This document shows, piece after piece, positions 1 to 9,603 of a stretch of DNA of 35,029 nucleotides. Positions within the stretch are counted from its first letter, which is position 1; every line of letters begins with the position of its first letter. Both the position numbers and the translations under genes were made by a program. The DNA comes from Barthelona sp. PAP020. Lineage: Eukaryota. The stretch lies in NCBI GenBank assembly GCA_040182905.1, contig JARQWU010000092.1, forward strand, positions 1 through 35,029, written 5' to 3'. The notes below the pieces were generated by a model. That model was not told where the DNA came from. It was given only the letters and a program-made list of their open reading frames with translations, and made no database searches.

Positions 1-1
1 G

Positions 2-109
2 GGCGAACCATTATCTATTGAAGATGCTGATAAATTGATTGAAGTCGCTGACCGTAATAAAGATGGTGAAATCGATTATGAAGAATTTGTAAACTTTATG
101 ATGCAATAA
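2..109 (+). CDS. 3' end of a calmodulin-like EF-hand protein (5'-truncated by window edge)
   Basis: Hand translation from nt 2: GEPLSIEDADKLIEVADRNKDGEIDYEEFVNFMMQ*. It contains a canonical EF-hand loop DRNKDGEIDYEE matching the calmodulin C-lobe. Confidence 0.85.
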   Translation, partial: GEPLSIEDADKLIEVADRNKDGEIDYEEFVNFMMQ

Positions 110-349
110 GAAATAAAATGGCTGGTTTTCAACAACTTTTGTAAACTCACAATGTATTTTTATTTGTTTTGAAAAACCAAAAAAAAAAAAAGAATCAAAG
201 CTAAAACAATCAAAAAAACTATTTTCCATCGGTCTTTTGTAAAAACACTATTAGATGTTAAAAAAAAACAGAAAAAAAAAATTGGGATTTTTGACTAGAA
301 AGCAAAAAGGAAAAAAAGGACTTCATAATTTTTTTTTTTCAACAACATT

Positions 350-3163
350 ATGAACCATATCAATAATGAACACAGAAATGTTTTTAGTCGATTGTTGACA
401 GAATTCTCTATTGAAAAAAAAGTTCCTCTTAGTTTTAATTTGGAAAAAACACAGTTGTTGTGTTATGATTATGATTATTTTGATAAATTTGGAGAAAAGT
501 TACAGTACTTATTTTGTATTTTAAAATATTTAAGGGAAATTGGAAGAAATTTGGAAGCTAATACAAGTAAAAGTAGTTATCAGTTAATCAAAAAATTCTT
601 TAAATGCATTGATGATTTTGAAAAAGTTGGTTATAAGACTTTTTACCATTTTTTGCTTTCGATTGATGAAATAACTGCAACTGATGAAAAGTATGAATTC
701 AGCTTTTTTATGGATTATTATTATAAATTTAGGGAAACAATAGATTTTTCATGGATTAAGACGGCATTTGAGGAAACAGATGATTTATGTAACAACTCCT
801 TTACATGTGAAAATTCAAATTACGTTTTTGACAAAGAAATTGAAGAATTGGACATAAAACTAGGTGAACTACAAAAAAAAGAAACTGAATTTATTGAATT
901 ATTGAAATTTAAAGAATATTTTAAGCTTAAAGAATCCAAAGAAAAATTTAATTCTTTTTTTGATTTGTTTTTGACAAATGGAGAAAAAGAAATTTCAGCA
1001 AAAACCATAATATTAATGTTAAGTTTGTATTTAGGTGAAGATTTTTTTTTGGAAAAAGAATTTCATCAAGATCTGTCTTTTGACTATGATTTTCAATTCT
1101 TTTGGAACCAAAATGGGGTTTTAACGTTACATGGTATAACTGAAGATAAAAAGGATGTCTTTCGATTGGAAATAGTTGAAGAATGTCAAGAATTTTTTAA
1201 TTTTTTTATAATTCAGGATATGAATGTGATGAAAAGGGTTTTAAAAGATGAAAAAAAGAAATTTATTTTTTTTGAGTATTTTATTGGATTTTTGCTCAGT
1301 GTAAAACAAATACCATTCGATTTATGCGAAATAATTCTTCGTGATGAAGAAATTTCCATTAGAGATAAAAAAATTATTATATTTCTATTCGAAGAGAATA
1401 GTTTAAAAGGAGAAAAAATATTCAGTCATTGTTTGGAACATGATATTGAAAATATACTTGAATTAGCGAATGACGAAATATTTGCTGAATTACTTGAAAT
1501 TAATTCTGAGGAAAATTTAAGAAATAATCAAAATATATTCTTGAACAAAGCTTCAACAACATTTCATCCATTTTTATATCAATGGATTGAATATTTGTTT
1601 CCAAAGAATTGTTTGAATTATTTCAATTATTTCAAAAATCATTTTACAGATTATCAAACTGTTGTCAATACCATCAGATATTTTTTAGATTCAAATTTGT
1701 GTTTAAGTGAAAAAATAAAACTGAATTTGAATGTTGTTCATTGTTTATTCATTAATAATATCATTGATTCTAATACACTTCAAACTTTTGAAAAAATTGA
1801 AACTTTTGAAACTTTAGTAATTTTGGAAAAGATTATTTCCATTCGTGACACATTTTTGATTGATATCTTTTTTAAAAAATATTCTCATCTTTTGAAAAGA
1901 TTGGATCATAATTTATTGAAAAGTTGTGAAAGTTTCGAAGTTTTAAAATTTTTGTTGGAGAATTATGATTTGAAAGTTTCTTATGATATGCTATTGATTG
2001 AGTATTTTGAAGCAGAAAAAATAGACCTTGCTAGAGATCTGCATAAATATCTTTTGAACAGTAAAACTATTAAAATTCATTCATTTGATCTTGAATCATT
2101 CACATTTAATGATTTATACTTGCTATATTGTCCACATTTTGTTTTTAACACAAATAATATTGACACTGTGGGTGATCAAGAACTTTATAACATTTATAAG
2201 CCTTTTTTTGGTGAAGATCATTCATTTCAAGTTCAAATTGTTCCTGTTGATCAACATAAACACCATGAAGCTGACCGAAACAAAGTTGATTTCAAATCTT
2301 TGGTTTTCAATTCTGAATTCATTCAGAATCTCACTAAATTTTTTATTTTGTTTAATAATTCTTTGAGTATGATACCCAATCTATGTCTTATTAACAAAGA
2401 TTCTGAGTATTTTAGAAAAGCACTTGATGATAAAATTCAAAATCGTTTGAATAAGAACAAAGCTATCAATGAATCTATGATTAATGAACGTATGAATGAA
2501 AAGGAGAAGAATCAGCAAAGAATAATCAAAAATAATTATTCTTTCTCAATCTTAGATGAAATTTGTACAATAAAAGCAAATATACCAATCAAAAACGAAT
2601 TTAGTTTATACAAACAATTCATGGATGAATTAATTTTTGTCAATACCAACTTAGTAACAGATAACATTGAACGAATAGAAAAAAAACGAAAAAACCATCA
2701 ATTGAGTTGGTATATGGAAAAAGATTCAGTTTTCAAAGATATTATGGTGGTTTTGCCATATTTTGTGAAAAATAATTATTCGTCAGAATTTTACAACGAA
2801 CATTTGCGTTGTCTGTTTACCAACAAACAGTATGATGGTATTTTAGAAAAGGGTAATGCTGAAGTTTTGTTTCTGTTCAGTGTTATACACGGTAAAAAAA
2901 TTTTTCAAACAAGCATCTTTCATGTATTATTTTTGTATTGGGAAAATTTAAATGAAGATCATCAGTTTTGGACAGTTATTAAAAATCTTTTCCACAAAAC
3001 AAAACAGAAAGAAAAATTTAAAAAATTAATTCGCTTCTATATGGGGTTTGAAGATAGTTTGGACCAAACACCAATCCAGGTATTGGAAAACTCAAGAAGT
3101 GATCCAGAATTGATCAACAAGATGTACTTCATTTTGGAAGATACTTTTCAATTAACTGAATAG
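350..3163 (+). CDS. Hypothetical 937-aa protein, possibly with degenerate ankyrin-like helical repeats
   Basis: 2.8-kb uninterrupted ORF in AT-rich DNA. Weak ankyrin-like phrases (FEVLKFLLEN; TSIFHVL...EDSLDQTPIQVL). No recognised family. Confidence 0.7.
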   Translation: MNHINNEHRNVFSRLLTEFSIEKKVPLSFNLEKTQLLCYDYDYFDKFGEKLQYLFCILKYLREIGRNLEANTSKSSYQLIKKFFKCIDDFEKVGYKTFYHFLLSIDEITATDEKYEFSFFMDYYYKFRETIDFSWIKTAFEETDDLCNNSFTCENSNYVFDKEIEELDIKLGELQKKETEFIELLKFKEYFKLKESKEKFNSFFDLFLTNGEKEISAKTIILMLSLYLGEDFFLEKEFHQDLSFDYDFQFFWNQNGVLTLHGITEDKKDVFRLEIVEECQEFFNFFIIQDMNVMKRVLKDEKKKFIFFEYFIGFLLSVKQIPFDLCEIILRDEEISIRDKKIIIFLFEENSLKGEKIFSHCLEHDIENILELANDEIFAELLEINSEENLRNNQNIFLNKASTTFHPFLYQWIEYLFPKNCLNYFNYFKNHFTDYQTVVNTIRYFLDSNLCLSEKIKLNLNVVHCLFINNIIDSNTLQTFEKIETFETLVILEKIISIRDTFLIDIFFKKYSHLLKRLDHNLLKSCESFEVLKFLLENYDLKVSYDMLLIEYFEAEKIDLARDLHKYLLNSKTIKIHSFDLESFTFNDLYLLYCPHFVFNTNNIDTVGDQELYNIYKPFFGEDHSFQVQIVPVDQHKHHEADRNKVDFKSLVFNSEFIQNLTKFFILFNNSLSMIPNLCLINKDSEYFRKALDDKIQNRLNKNKAINESMINERMNEKEKNQQRIIKNNYSFSILDEICTIKANIPIKNEFSLYKQFMDELIFVNTNLVTDNIERIEKKRKNHQLSWYMEKDSVFKDIMVVLPYFVKNNYSSEFYNEHLRCLFTNKQYDGILEKGNAEVLFLFSVIHGKKIFQTSIFHVLFLYWENLNEDHQFWTVIKNLFHKTKQKEKFKKLIRFYMGFEDSLDQTPIQVLENSRSDPELINKMYFILEDTFQLTE

Positions 3164-3889
3164 ATGTGTAAATATCAATTGGATTAACTTTTTTTTTTTT
3201 AGAAATTTCAGAGATTTCCCAGTCATATAATTATTATTCAATGGGTTCCAATAGATTAAAAAAAAAATAAGCTTTTGTCAAACATTGCTTGATATCACTA
3301 TTAAGACATTCAATAAAAATCATTGTTGTCATTACAGATGAAATAGCAAAAGGAAAACTAAATTCTCATTGCAAAAACCAAGTGTTTAAAACTGGAGCAC
3401 TAAAACCTATGTCATAAACACACATAATTATCGTAATTAAGTTAATATAAAATGGAAAAAAGCAAAGACTTTTATCACAATTACTGGACAGAAAGAAGCC
3501 GTTTGTTTTCACATCAATTTTGAAAATTCAACTGCCAAATAAAGTCTGTTTAATCTATCAAGGAATAACTCAGTGTAAACATTAAAATATCAACAAAACA
3601 ATAAAATCCCACAAATCAACTCAAGAATTGCAGCAATGTTGAACACTTACACTTTCTTTTAGCCTTCTGTTTAAAATCCTCTTATTTCACTTATTATATT
3701 GACCATAACTGTCAATTTGTAACTTTGAAAGAATAATCTCAAAAGAAATGAAAGAATCCTGAATTTTTGAGATAAGAATTAAAATTACTGTTTATTATTG
3801 ATTTAATGACTTGATTAGAGTCTTAAATTTGGAAAGTTTTATGAAAGGCCTCACAAAGGGTCACAAAAAAGAATTTCTTTCATTTTTTA

Positions 3890-4580
3890 ATGCAGAATTG
3901 GGATGGTTCTGTTTCCCAATATTTGCTGAAGATTTTAATAATTGGTGAGTTATGTGTAGGGTTAAAAGAAATTTATTTGAATGTAACTAACTCAACTGAA
4001 TAGAAAATCATGTTTTGTTCGACGATATTGCAAAGATTCATTTATAAACGATTATAAATCAACAATTTCTTTGGATTTTGGTCATAAAGATTTGATTCTT
4101 TCAGAAAGAAATGCTATTGCTAAAATACAAATATGGGATTTGGCTGGTCAAGAGAAGACATCAAGATTATTATCTGTTTATTATAGAGAGGCTGTTGGAG
4201 TGATTGTTGCATTTGATTTAACTAGATCATCAACGTTTGATTCAGTAATTAAATGGAAAAAAGATTTGGATGAAAGAATTAGTTTATCTAATGGTTCGAG
4301 AATTCCTGCGATATTGATAGGAACAAAATTAGATCTTTCTGATGACAGTATCAATCCATCAAAGACGTTTATTGAAGATTTTTGCAAAGATAATGGTTTT
4401 GATGCTTATTTTGAAACCTCTTCATTGAAAAATGTGAACGTTTCTGAAACTGTCGAAAGATTGGTTGATATTATCTTTGAACGTGACATTATAGCGTGTG
4501 TGAATGAAGATAAAAAGTTAAACGTTGTTATTGAGTCCGATAGTGAAGATGTGGAAAAAGCTACTGGTTGTTTTTGTTAG
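3890..4580 (+). CDS. Rab GTPase, Rab32/38-like; 2 exons (3890-3960, 4004-4580), 215 aa
   Basis: Splicing restores LKILIIGELCVG|KS (P-loop). Also WDLAGQE, the Rab32/38-like KWKKDLDERISLSNGSRIP segment, GTKLD, ETSS and a C-terminal CFC prenylation motif. Confidence 0.9.
3961..4003 (+). other. Spliceosomal intron, 43 nt (Rab gene)
   Basis: GTTAAA...TAACTAAC...TAG. Removal gives in-frame GGA AAA TCA (GKS). Confidence 0.9.
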
Positions 4581-4878
4581 TATTTTGTAAAAGTTTTTGA
4601 TTATTTTTTTTTTTGGGAGTTAATATTTGAAACAATTATTTTATAATTGAAAAGGATGTTTTTGGCAGTTCAAAAGAAATAAAATAATATTTGACCCATC
4701 AAATATGTTTTCATTTACATTTATGGATGCCTTAGAATCACCAGAATTATAAAAAATAATCACACACATAGACAAGGTTTCCATCATGGGAAGTGGTTGG
4801 AAAAAATCGTTTTGGCGAAAGATAAAGAAGTAATTCCACAAGTCTTATTTTCTGCTCCATATAGCCAACTTACATTAA

Positions 4879-4946
4879 GATTTTGTTTTGAGCGTAATTG
4901 ATGCAGAAGGGGAGTCTTCTACATCAATTACGCTCAAAACAAAATC
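4879..4946. repeat. 31-bp inverted repeat / hairpin with 6-nt loop
   Basis: 4879-4909 GATTTTGTTTTGAGCGTAATTGATGCAGAAG is the reverse complement of 4916-4946 except for one mismatch. Loop is GGGAGT. Confidence 0.95.
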
Positions 4947-5036
4947 CACCACCCCAATAAAGCCCCAGCTCACAGAAACAAAGTCTATAAACAGAAAAAA
5001 ACACAAATGAAAATATACAATTTTTATTTAAAAAGA

Positions 5037-5710
5037 CTATAATTGAGAAATAACACTAACAGGAACAATTGTACGAATATTGTATTTTGTATTTATAATA
5101 TTCCTTTTGTAGAAAGCATATTGGTCACAAACTTCATCGGTCAAATCATTAGCAGTTTTATCTACACTAGTATTTGTGTTATTTAAAACAATATCCCATT
5201 CATGACTATCATAAAAATCACAAGTAGTTTCCATCCAAGAACGTAAATGTTCATTATATTGTTTTCTGTGAGGTTCTTTAATAACCCGATGTGAAATACG
5301 TTCCCAAAGTGTATTTCTATCACACTTGAGATTGACTGTGACAATATTTATGTTGCATTTTTCTTTCAACTCCGCAATTTGCATGTCAATCACAGGTTTC
5401 AGTAATTTTCCATTAGGAGCATAGAATTCTGCAGAATATGGAGATCTGTCTGCAAAATAAATTGCATTTTCTGGAGATGACTTTTTTATTTCCAATAGCC
5501 TTAAAAACCAATTTGAAACCCATGCAAATTCCATAGTTAATGTTTGTGGATGCAAACATGTTTCAGGCATATTCATAAATCCTTCATCAAGAATCTGAAA
5601 ACCAAGTGAACAAAGATTTGAACATAATGAGGATTTTCCACAACCTAGATATTAATATATTATTTAAAAAATATAATACCATGACAACCTTCAAGACAAA
5701 CAACCAACAT
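5037..5710 (-). CDS. P-loop nucleoside/nucleotide kinase-like protein (dNK/thymidylate kinase/NadR-AAA-like); 2 exons (5710-5680, 5644-5037), 212 aa
   Basis: Splicing restores the N-terminus MLVVCLEGCHG|CGKSSL (Walker A). The downstream FADRSPYS matches the DR motif of dNK/TMPK-type kinases. Confidence 0.8.
5645..5679 (-). other. Spliceosomal intron, 35 nt (kinase gene)
   Basis: GTATTA...TATTAATATCTAG on the minus strand. Removal rebuilds the GxxGxGKS loop in frame. Confidence 0.88.
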
Positions 5711-5891
5711 TTGGAGTAAAAAAAAAAAAATAACAAAATACACAACAAAATAAAAAAGTTACGCTTTTACAAAAATTTTCAAGTTCAATATTTAATTAAA
5801 AAAACATCATAATATGTCAATATTACTCTGTTGATAAACAACAAAACCAAATAATAGAAATAACAATTTTCTACATGGTGACATTAAAAAA

Positions 5892-6163
5892 TTATGACCC
5901 TCCCCTCAATTTAATCATCATATGAACAGTATTTCCTGCTTTTATATTAATTGAATCAAGTGTTGCATCTTCATTGCGAATAACAGCTCCACAATACAAT
6001 AAACGTTGTTGTTCACAACTAATTCCTGTTAATTCAGTGATTTTAGTCTTCAAAAAAGAAACTTTAAAGCTAGGTTCAACATTAATCTCAAAAATAGATC
6101 CCCCTATTGTCTATTGTTAGTTTCATATCATTTTTTAAAACATACTTTAATGTGAATTTTCAT
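5892..6163 (-). CDS. Ubiquitin-like modifier (divergent NEDD8/Rub1- or ubiquitin-like); 2 exons (6163-6146, 6110-5892), 78 aa; not in ORF track
   Basis: MKIHIK|TIGGSIFEINVEPSFKVSFLKTKITELTGISCEQQRLLYCGAVIRNEDATLDSINIKAGNTVHMMIKLRGGS*. It has QQRL, LRGG and a 1-residue tail. Confidence 0.9.
6111..6145 (-). other. Spliceosomal intron, 35 nt (Ubl gene)
   Basis: GTATGT...AACTAACAATAG on the minus strand, phase 0 after codon 6. Confidence 0.9.
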
Positions 6164-6263
6164 TTAATTGAGTATGTGTTTCTTCAAATGTTAAAAGAAT
6201 TTGATGAAAAAGACTTCCTCAAAAATTAACTGTAAATAAAGTCACTTTTTTATTTTTATTCTT

Positions 6264-6833
6264 ATGGGACTTTTTGATTGGTTTTTTCGAGTTTTAAACA
6301 AACTTGGTCTTTGGAAAAAGACTGCAAATATTTTATTTCTCGGAATTCAAAATGCGGGAAAGACTACACTTTTGCACCTTTTAAAATCTGGAGCAATCAA
6401 AAAATTCAAACCTACAGATACTGTAGCATCTGAGCATTTCAGTATGGGATCAATCAATTTCCGTGTACATGATATTGGTGGTCAAACCCAATTACGTGAA
6501 TTGTGGGAGGAATATTATCCTTCTTCTGATGCCATTGTATTTATTGTAGATACTGCTGATGCAAATTTATTGGAATCTGCCAGTGTTGAGCTTCAAAAGA
6601 TCTTAACCAATCCAGAATTGGCTGGCAAACCTGTGCTCGTTTTTGGAAATAAAGTTGACAGAACTGATGTTATTCCTTTAACTTATGACCAATTATTGGA
6701 TGCTATGAATATCAGATATCAACTCAACAATGATTCTGAAAATGGCAGACCTTTACAATTATTTATGACTTCATTTATTAGAAAGCAGGGATATGGGGAT
6801 GGTTTTAGATGGTTATCTGAGCATTTAGAATAA
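6264..6833 (+). CDS. SAR1: Sar1-family small GTPase (divergent)
   Basis: N-terminal amphipathic helix LFDWFFRVLNKLGLWKK, then ILFLGIQNAGKTTLLHLLK and GNKVD. C-terminal KQGYGDGFRWL is a Sar1 signature. Confidence 0.88.
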   Translation: MGLFDWFFRVLNKLGLWKKTANILFLGIQNAGKTTLLHLLKSGAIKKFKPTDTVASEHFSMGSINFRVHDIGGQTQLRELWEEYYPSSDAIVFIVDTADANLLESASVELQKILTNPELAGKPVLVFGNKVDRTDVIPLTYDQLLDAMNIRYQLNNDSENGRPLQLFMTSFIRKQGYGDGFRWLSEHLE

Positions 6834-6878
6834 TTTATATAAAAAAAGAACAAAACGATTATTTACATTTATTATTAT

Positions 6879-7166
6879 TTATTCATGATAAAATGCAACA
6901 CCATATTGCTTATTCTTGGCTTGTTCAAGACATTCAATCAATTCTTCAAATTCATCACGATCAATCATGTCAATAAGATGTTGCAATTCATCTTGATGAA
7001 CAAAAAATGTTCCTTCTGAAGAAAAATTTGACAAAGGTTTAATATCATTAAACTGGTTTAAGATTTCTCCAATAACTCCCATTTCTTCATAATCAATTTC
7101 CATCAGATAAGCTTCTTCTTCTCTCGAAGGATCTTCTTCTTTCCATAAAAACAAATCAACACCCAT
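6879..7166 (-). CDS. Small acidic hypothetical protein, 95 aa
   Basis: ATG-started ORF filling the gap between Sar1 and SerRS, with protein-like composition and TGTAAA 12 nt after the stop. Confidence 0.7.
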   Translation of the reverse strand: MGVDLFLWKEEDPSREEEAYLMEIDYEEMGVIGEILNQFNDIKPLSNFSSEGTFFVHQDELQHLIDMIDRDEFEELIECLEQAKNKQYGVAFYHE

Positions 7167-7370
7167 TATTGGATAAAAAAATGAAAAAGAAATGTATTGA
7201 GGGGTTTAGACACCTGAATTTACAAGATCCCCTATAGTAAAAATCTTTGGAGAATAAAAAGCCCATAGATAACACTAATTGAACATGATATCTATTCTTT
7301 TCACAAAAAAAGAAAAACTTGTTGAAAATAAACGAATTTATTAATTTGGATCAAAAGACAAAAAATTCAA

Positions 7371-8732
7371 TTACTTGCGAGGCTTGTAATTTTCATCGCG
7401 AACAAAAGGAACAAAAGTGATTGGATTACCATCCTTATCAAGTAAACAAGGCTGTAAATATTTTGGTATCTTGACACCATCTTTTGTTTGATAATTTTCA
7501 ACAATACAACAAATTGCTCTTGTTGTTGCAACTAAAGTTGAGTTTAACATGTGAACATATTTGGTTTCATTGTTAGTTTTGGAAGCTCCATAACGAATTT
7601 GAAGAGAACGAGATTGATAATCAGTACAATTGGAACAAGAGACCATTTCACGATATTCTCCACTGGCAGGGAAAAAAGCCTCCAAATCATATTTAATTGC
7701 AGCAGCATTATTTAAATCATGAGGTGCAATATTGACAACACGATAAGGTACTTCTAATCTGTCCCAAAATTCTTCTGCAACATGAATCATTCTTTCCAAT
7801 TCTTCATCAGAAGATCCAGCAACATCTTTATCAGGATGAGTAATAACGAATTGTTCAACCTTATCGAATTGATGGACTCTAAAAATTCCCAAAGTATCAC
7901 GACCATGAGATCCAACTTCTTTTCTAAAATTAGTTGAAAAACCACAATATCTAACAGGGAAATCAGCATCCATCCATTCAGATTGATGATAACAAGAAAT
8001 AGGTTGCTCTGAAGTGGCAATTAAAAACTTTCCTTCTAATCCTTGTTCAGCAGGCTTAACTGAATATAATTGTTCTTCAAAATCTTCTAATTGAGCAGTA
8101 CAAGCCATCATGTTAGGACGAACAAAGAAAGGAGTATACATAGGAGTGTATTCCTTGTTGCTTAAAAATTGAGTGCCTAAAAAGGAAAGAGCCTGATTCA
8201 TTCTCATACCAACACCTTTCAAAAAATAACCACGTTCACCTGCAACTTTGGTTCCACGATCATAATCAGCCCAATCAAGTCTGTACAAAAGATCAACATG
8301 AGAAAGTTTCACAAACTCTTCTTCTTCTTCTCTTTCAACTTCATGGGTTCTAACGACTAAATCTTCAGCTAAATTGTCTCTGTCAACAACAGCCTTTTCA
8401 TCAACAATATTTCCAACTGAATTCAAAACCATATTTCGAGTATTCTCACATTCATTGACGAAATCTACCTGGGCAGCTATCTCTTGTTTGAGAAGCTTTG
8501 CAGCCTCAACATGCTCAGTGGCATCTTGTCTGGCTTTTTTAGCTTTTCCAATAGCTTTTGAAGCTGTGTTCAAATCACCCCTTAATTTGTCTAATTTGCT
8601 CTTTTCATCACGAAATTTTTGATCTAATTCAACGATGTCATCAATAATTTTTGGGTCTCTTCCACGTCTTCTTTGAGATTCTCTCAAATCTTCTATATCA
8701 GCACGTCTAAATAATTTAATGTCTAAAACCAT
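7371..8732 (-). CDS. SARS: Seryl-tRNA synthetase, cytosolic eukaryotic type
   Basis: MVLDIKLFR start, coiled-coil arm, LIATSEQPI, FRKEVGSHGRDTLGIFRVHQFDKVEQF, EMVSCSNCTDYQSR and HMLNSTL. Confidence 0.97.
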   Translation of the reverse strand: MVLDIKLFRRADIEDLRESQRRRGRDPKIIDDIVELDQKFRDEKSKLDKLRGDLNTASKAIGKAKKARQDATEHVEAAKLLKQEIAAQVDFVNECENTRNMVLNSVGNIVDEKAVVDRDNLAEDLVVRTHEVEREEEEEFVKLSHVDLLYRLDWADYDRGTKVAGERGYFLKGVGMRMNQALSFLGTQFLSNKEYTPMYTPFFVRPNMMACTAQLEDFEEQLYSVKPAEQGLEGKFLIATSEQPISCYHQSEWMDADFPVRYCGFSTNFRKEVGSHGRDTLGIFRVHQFDKVEQFVITHPDKDVAGSSDEELERMIHVAEEFWDRLEVPYRVVNIAPHDLNNAAAIKYDLEAFFPASGEYREMVSCSNCTDYQSRSLQIRYGASKTNNETKYVHMLNSTLVATTRAICCIVENYQTKDGVKIPKYLQPCLLDKDGNPITFVPFVRDENYKPRK

Positions 8733-8830
8733 AACAATATATATGGGAAAAAATCTCGGGTCAATAAATTAATTGAAAAATTGGAAATTTTTTCATTACT
8801 ACTTTTTTTTTCGTTTTTACAACCAAAATC

Positions 8831-9603
8831 ATGTCCAACGACTATCAAGAGAGAAAAATGACTCTCAAGAAGAGCGTATTATTATTTTTCAATGTAATTA
8901 TCTAATTTTTAAGTTTATTTCTGAAGGTATCCTTCGCGCTGAAGTTAATGAATTTTTCAAGAAAGAATTTGCTGATTCTAACTACATTGGTTGCACTGTT
9001 CGTGTTCAACCCAGTGGAAGAGTTGAAATTAGAGTTCATTCTTCTGATTCTAGAAAGGTCGCCGGTGAAAACGATTCTCGTATTCGTTCTGTCAAGGGTT
9101 TACTTTCTCAACGTTTAAATATTCCTGAAAAGATGATCAAGCTCACCATCAAGAAGGTTGAAATTCAAGAAACCAAGCTTTCCGCTCAAGTTATGGTTGA
9201 ACGTCTTCGTAATGAAATCATCAACGGTTCTGCTCCTCGTCGTGCTGCCAATATGGTTATTCGTGATGCTATGAAGGCCAAAGCTAAAGGTGTTGAAGTT
9301 ATCATTTCTGGTAAGGTTCATGCTCAACGTGCCAAAGCTCTTAAATTCGGTGCAGGATATATTTTAAAGACTGGTCAACCCAACAAAGATTATACTGAAA
9401 CTGGTATTAGATGTTACAAGACTGCTCTTGGTATTTTGGGTATGAAGGTTACTATCATGCGTGAAGAACCTATTAATGGAGAAAAGAGACCATTGCCTGA
9501 TAAGATCGAAATTAACGATCCTAAGTTTGAAAATCAAGAAGTTCTTGAACCCAAGCCAATCTTTGAACAAATTGAAGAAACTGCCGTTGAAGAAACTGCT
9601 TAA
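8831..9603 (+). CDS. RPS3: 40S ribosomal protein uS3; 2 exons (8831-8875, 8914-9603), 244 aa
   Basis: Spliced N-terminus MSNDYQERKMTLKKS|FISEGILRAEVNEFF. Also RRAAN, AKGVEVIISGK, QRAKALKF, GILGMKVTIM, PLPD, and highly biased codon usage. Confidence 0.95.
8876..8913 (+). other. Spliceosomal intron, 38 nt (RPS3)
   Basis: GTATTA...ATCTAATTTTTAAG, phase 0. It joins the ATG exon to the conserved frame. Confidence 0.88.

Noticed and set aside
3164..3889. Long gap with broken coding-like stretches (similar at 9680-10050 and 15370-15560)
   Set aside because: Probably further gene debris, but I found no alignable partner or motif, so it is not called.
8773..8830. ORF-track N-terminal extensions from TTG/GTG starts (RPS3, START, CBM20, 27271, 15792 and 32155 ORFs)
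   Set aside because: This is a eukaryotic genome. The extensions translate poly-T/A promoter or intron sequence, and spliced or first-ATG models fit better.
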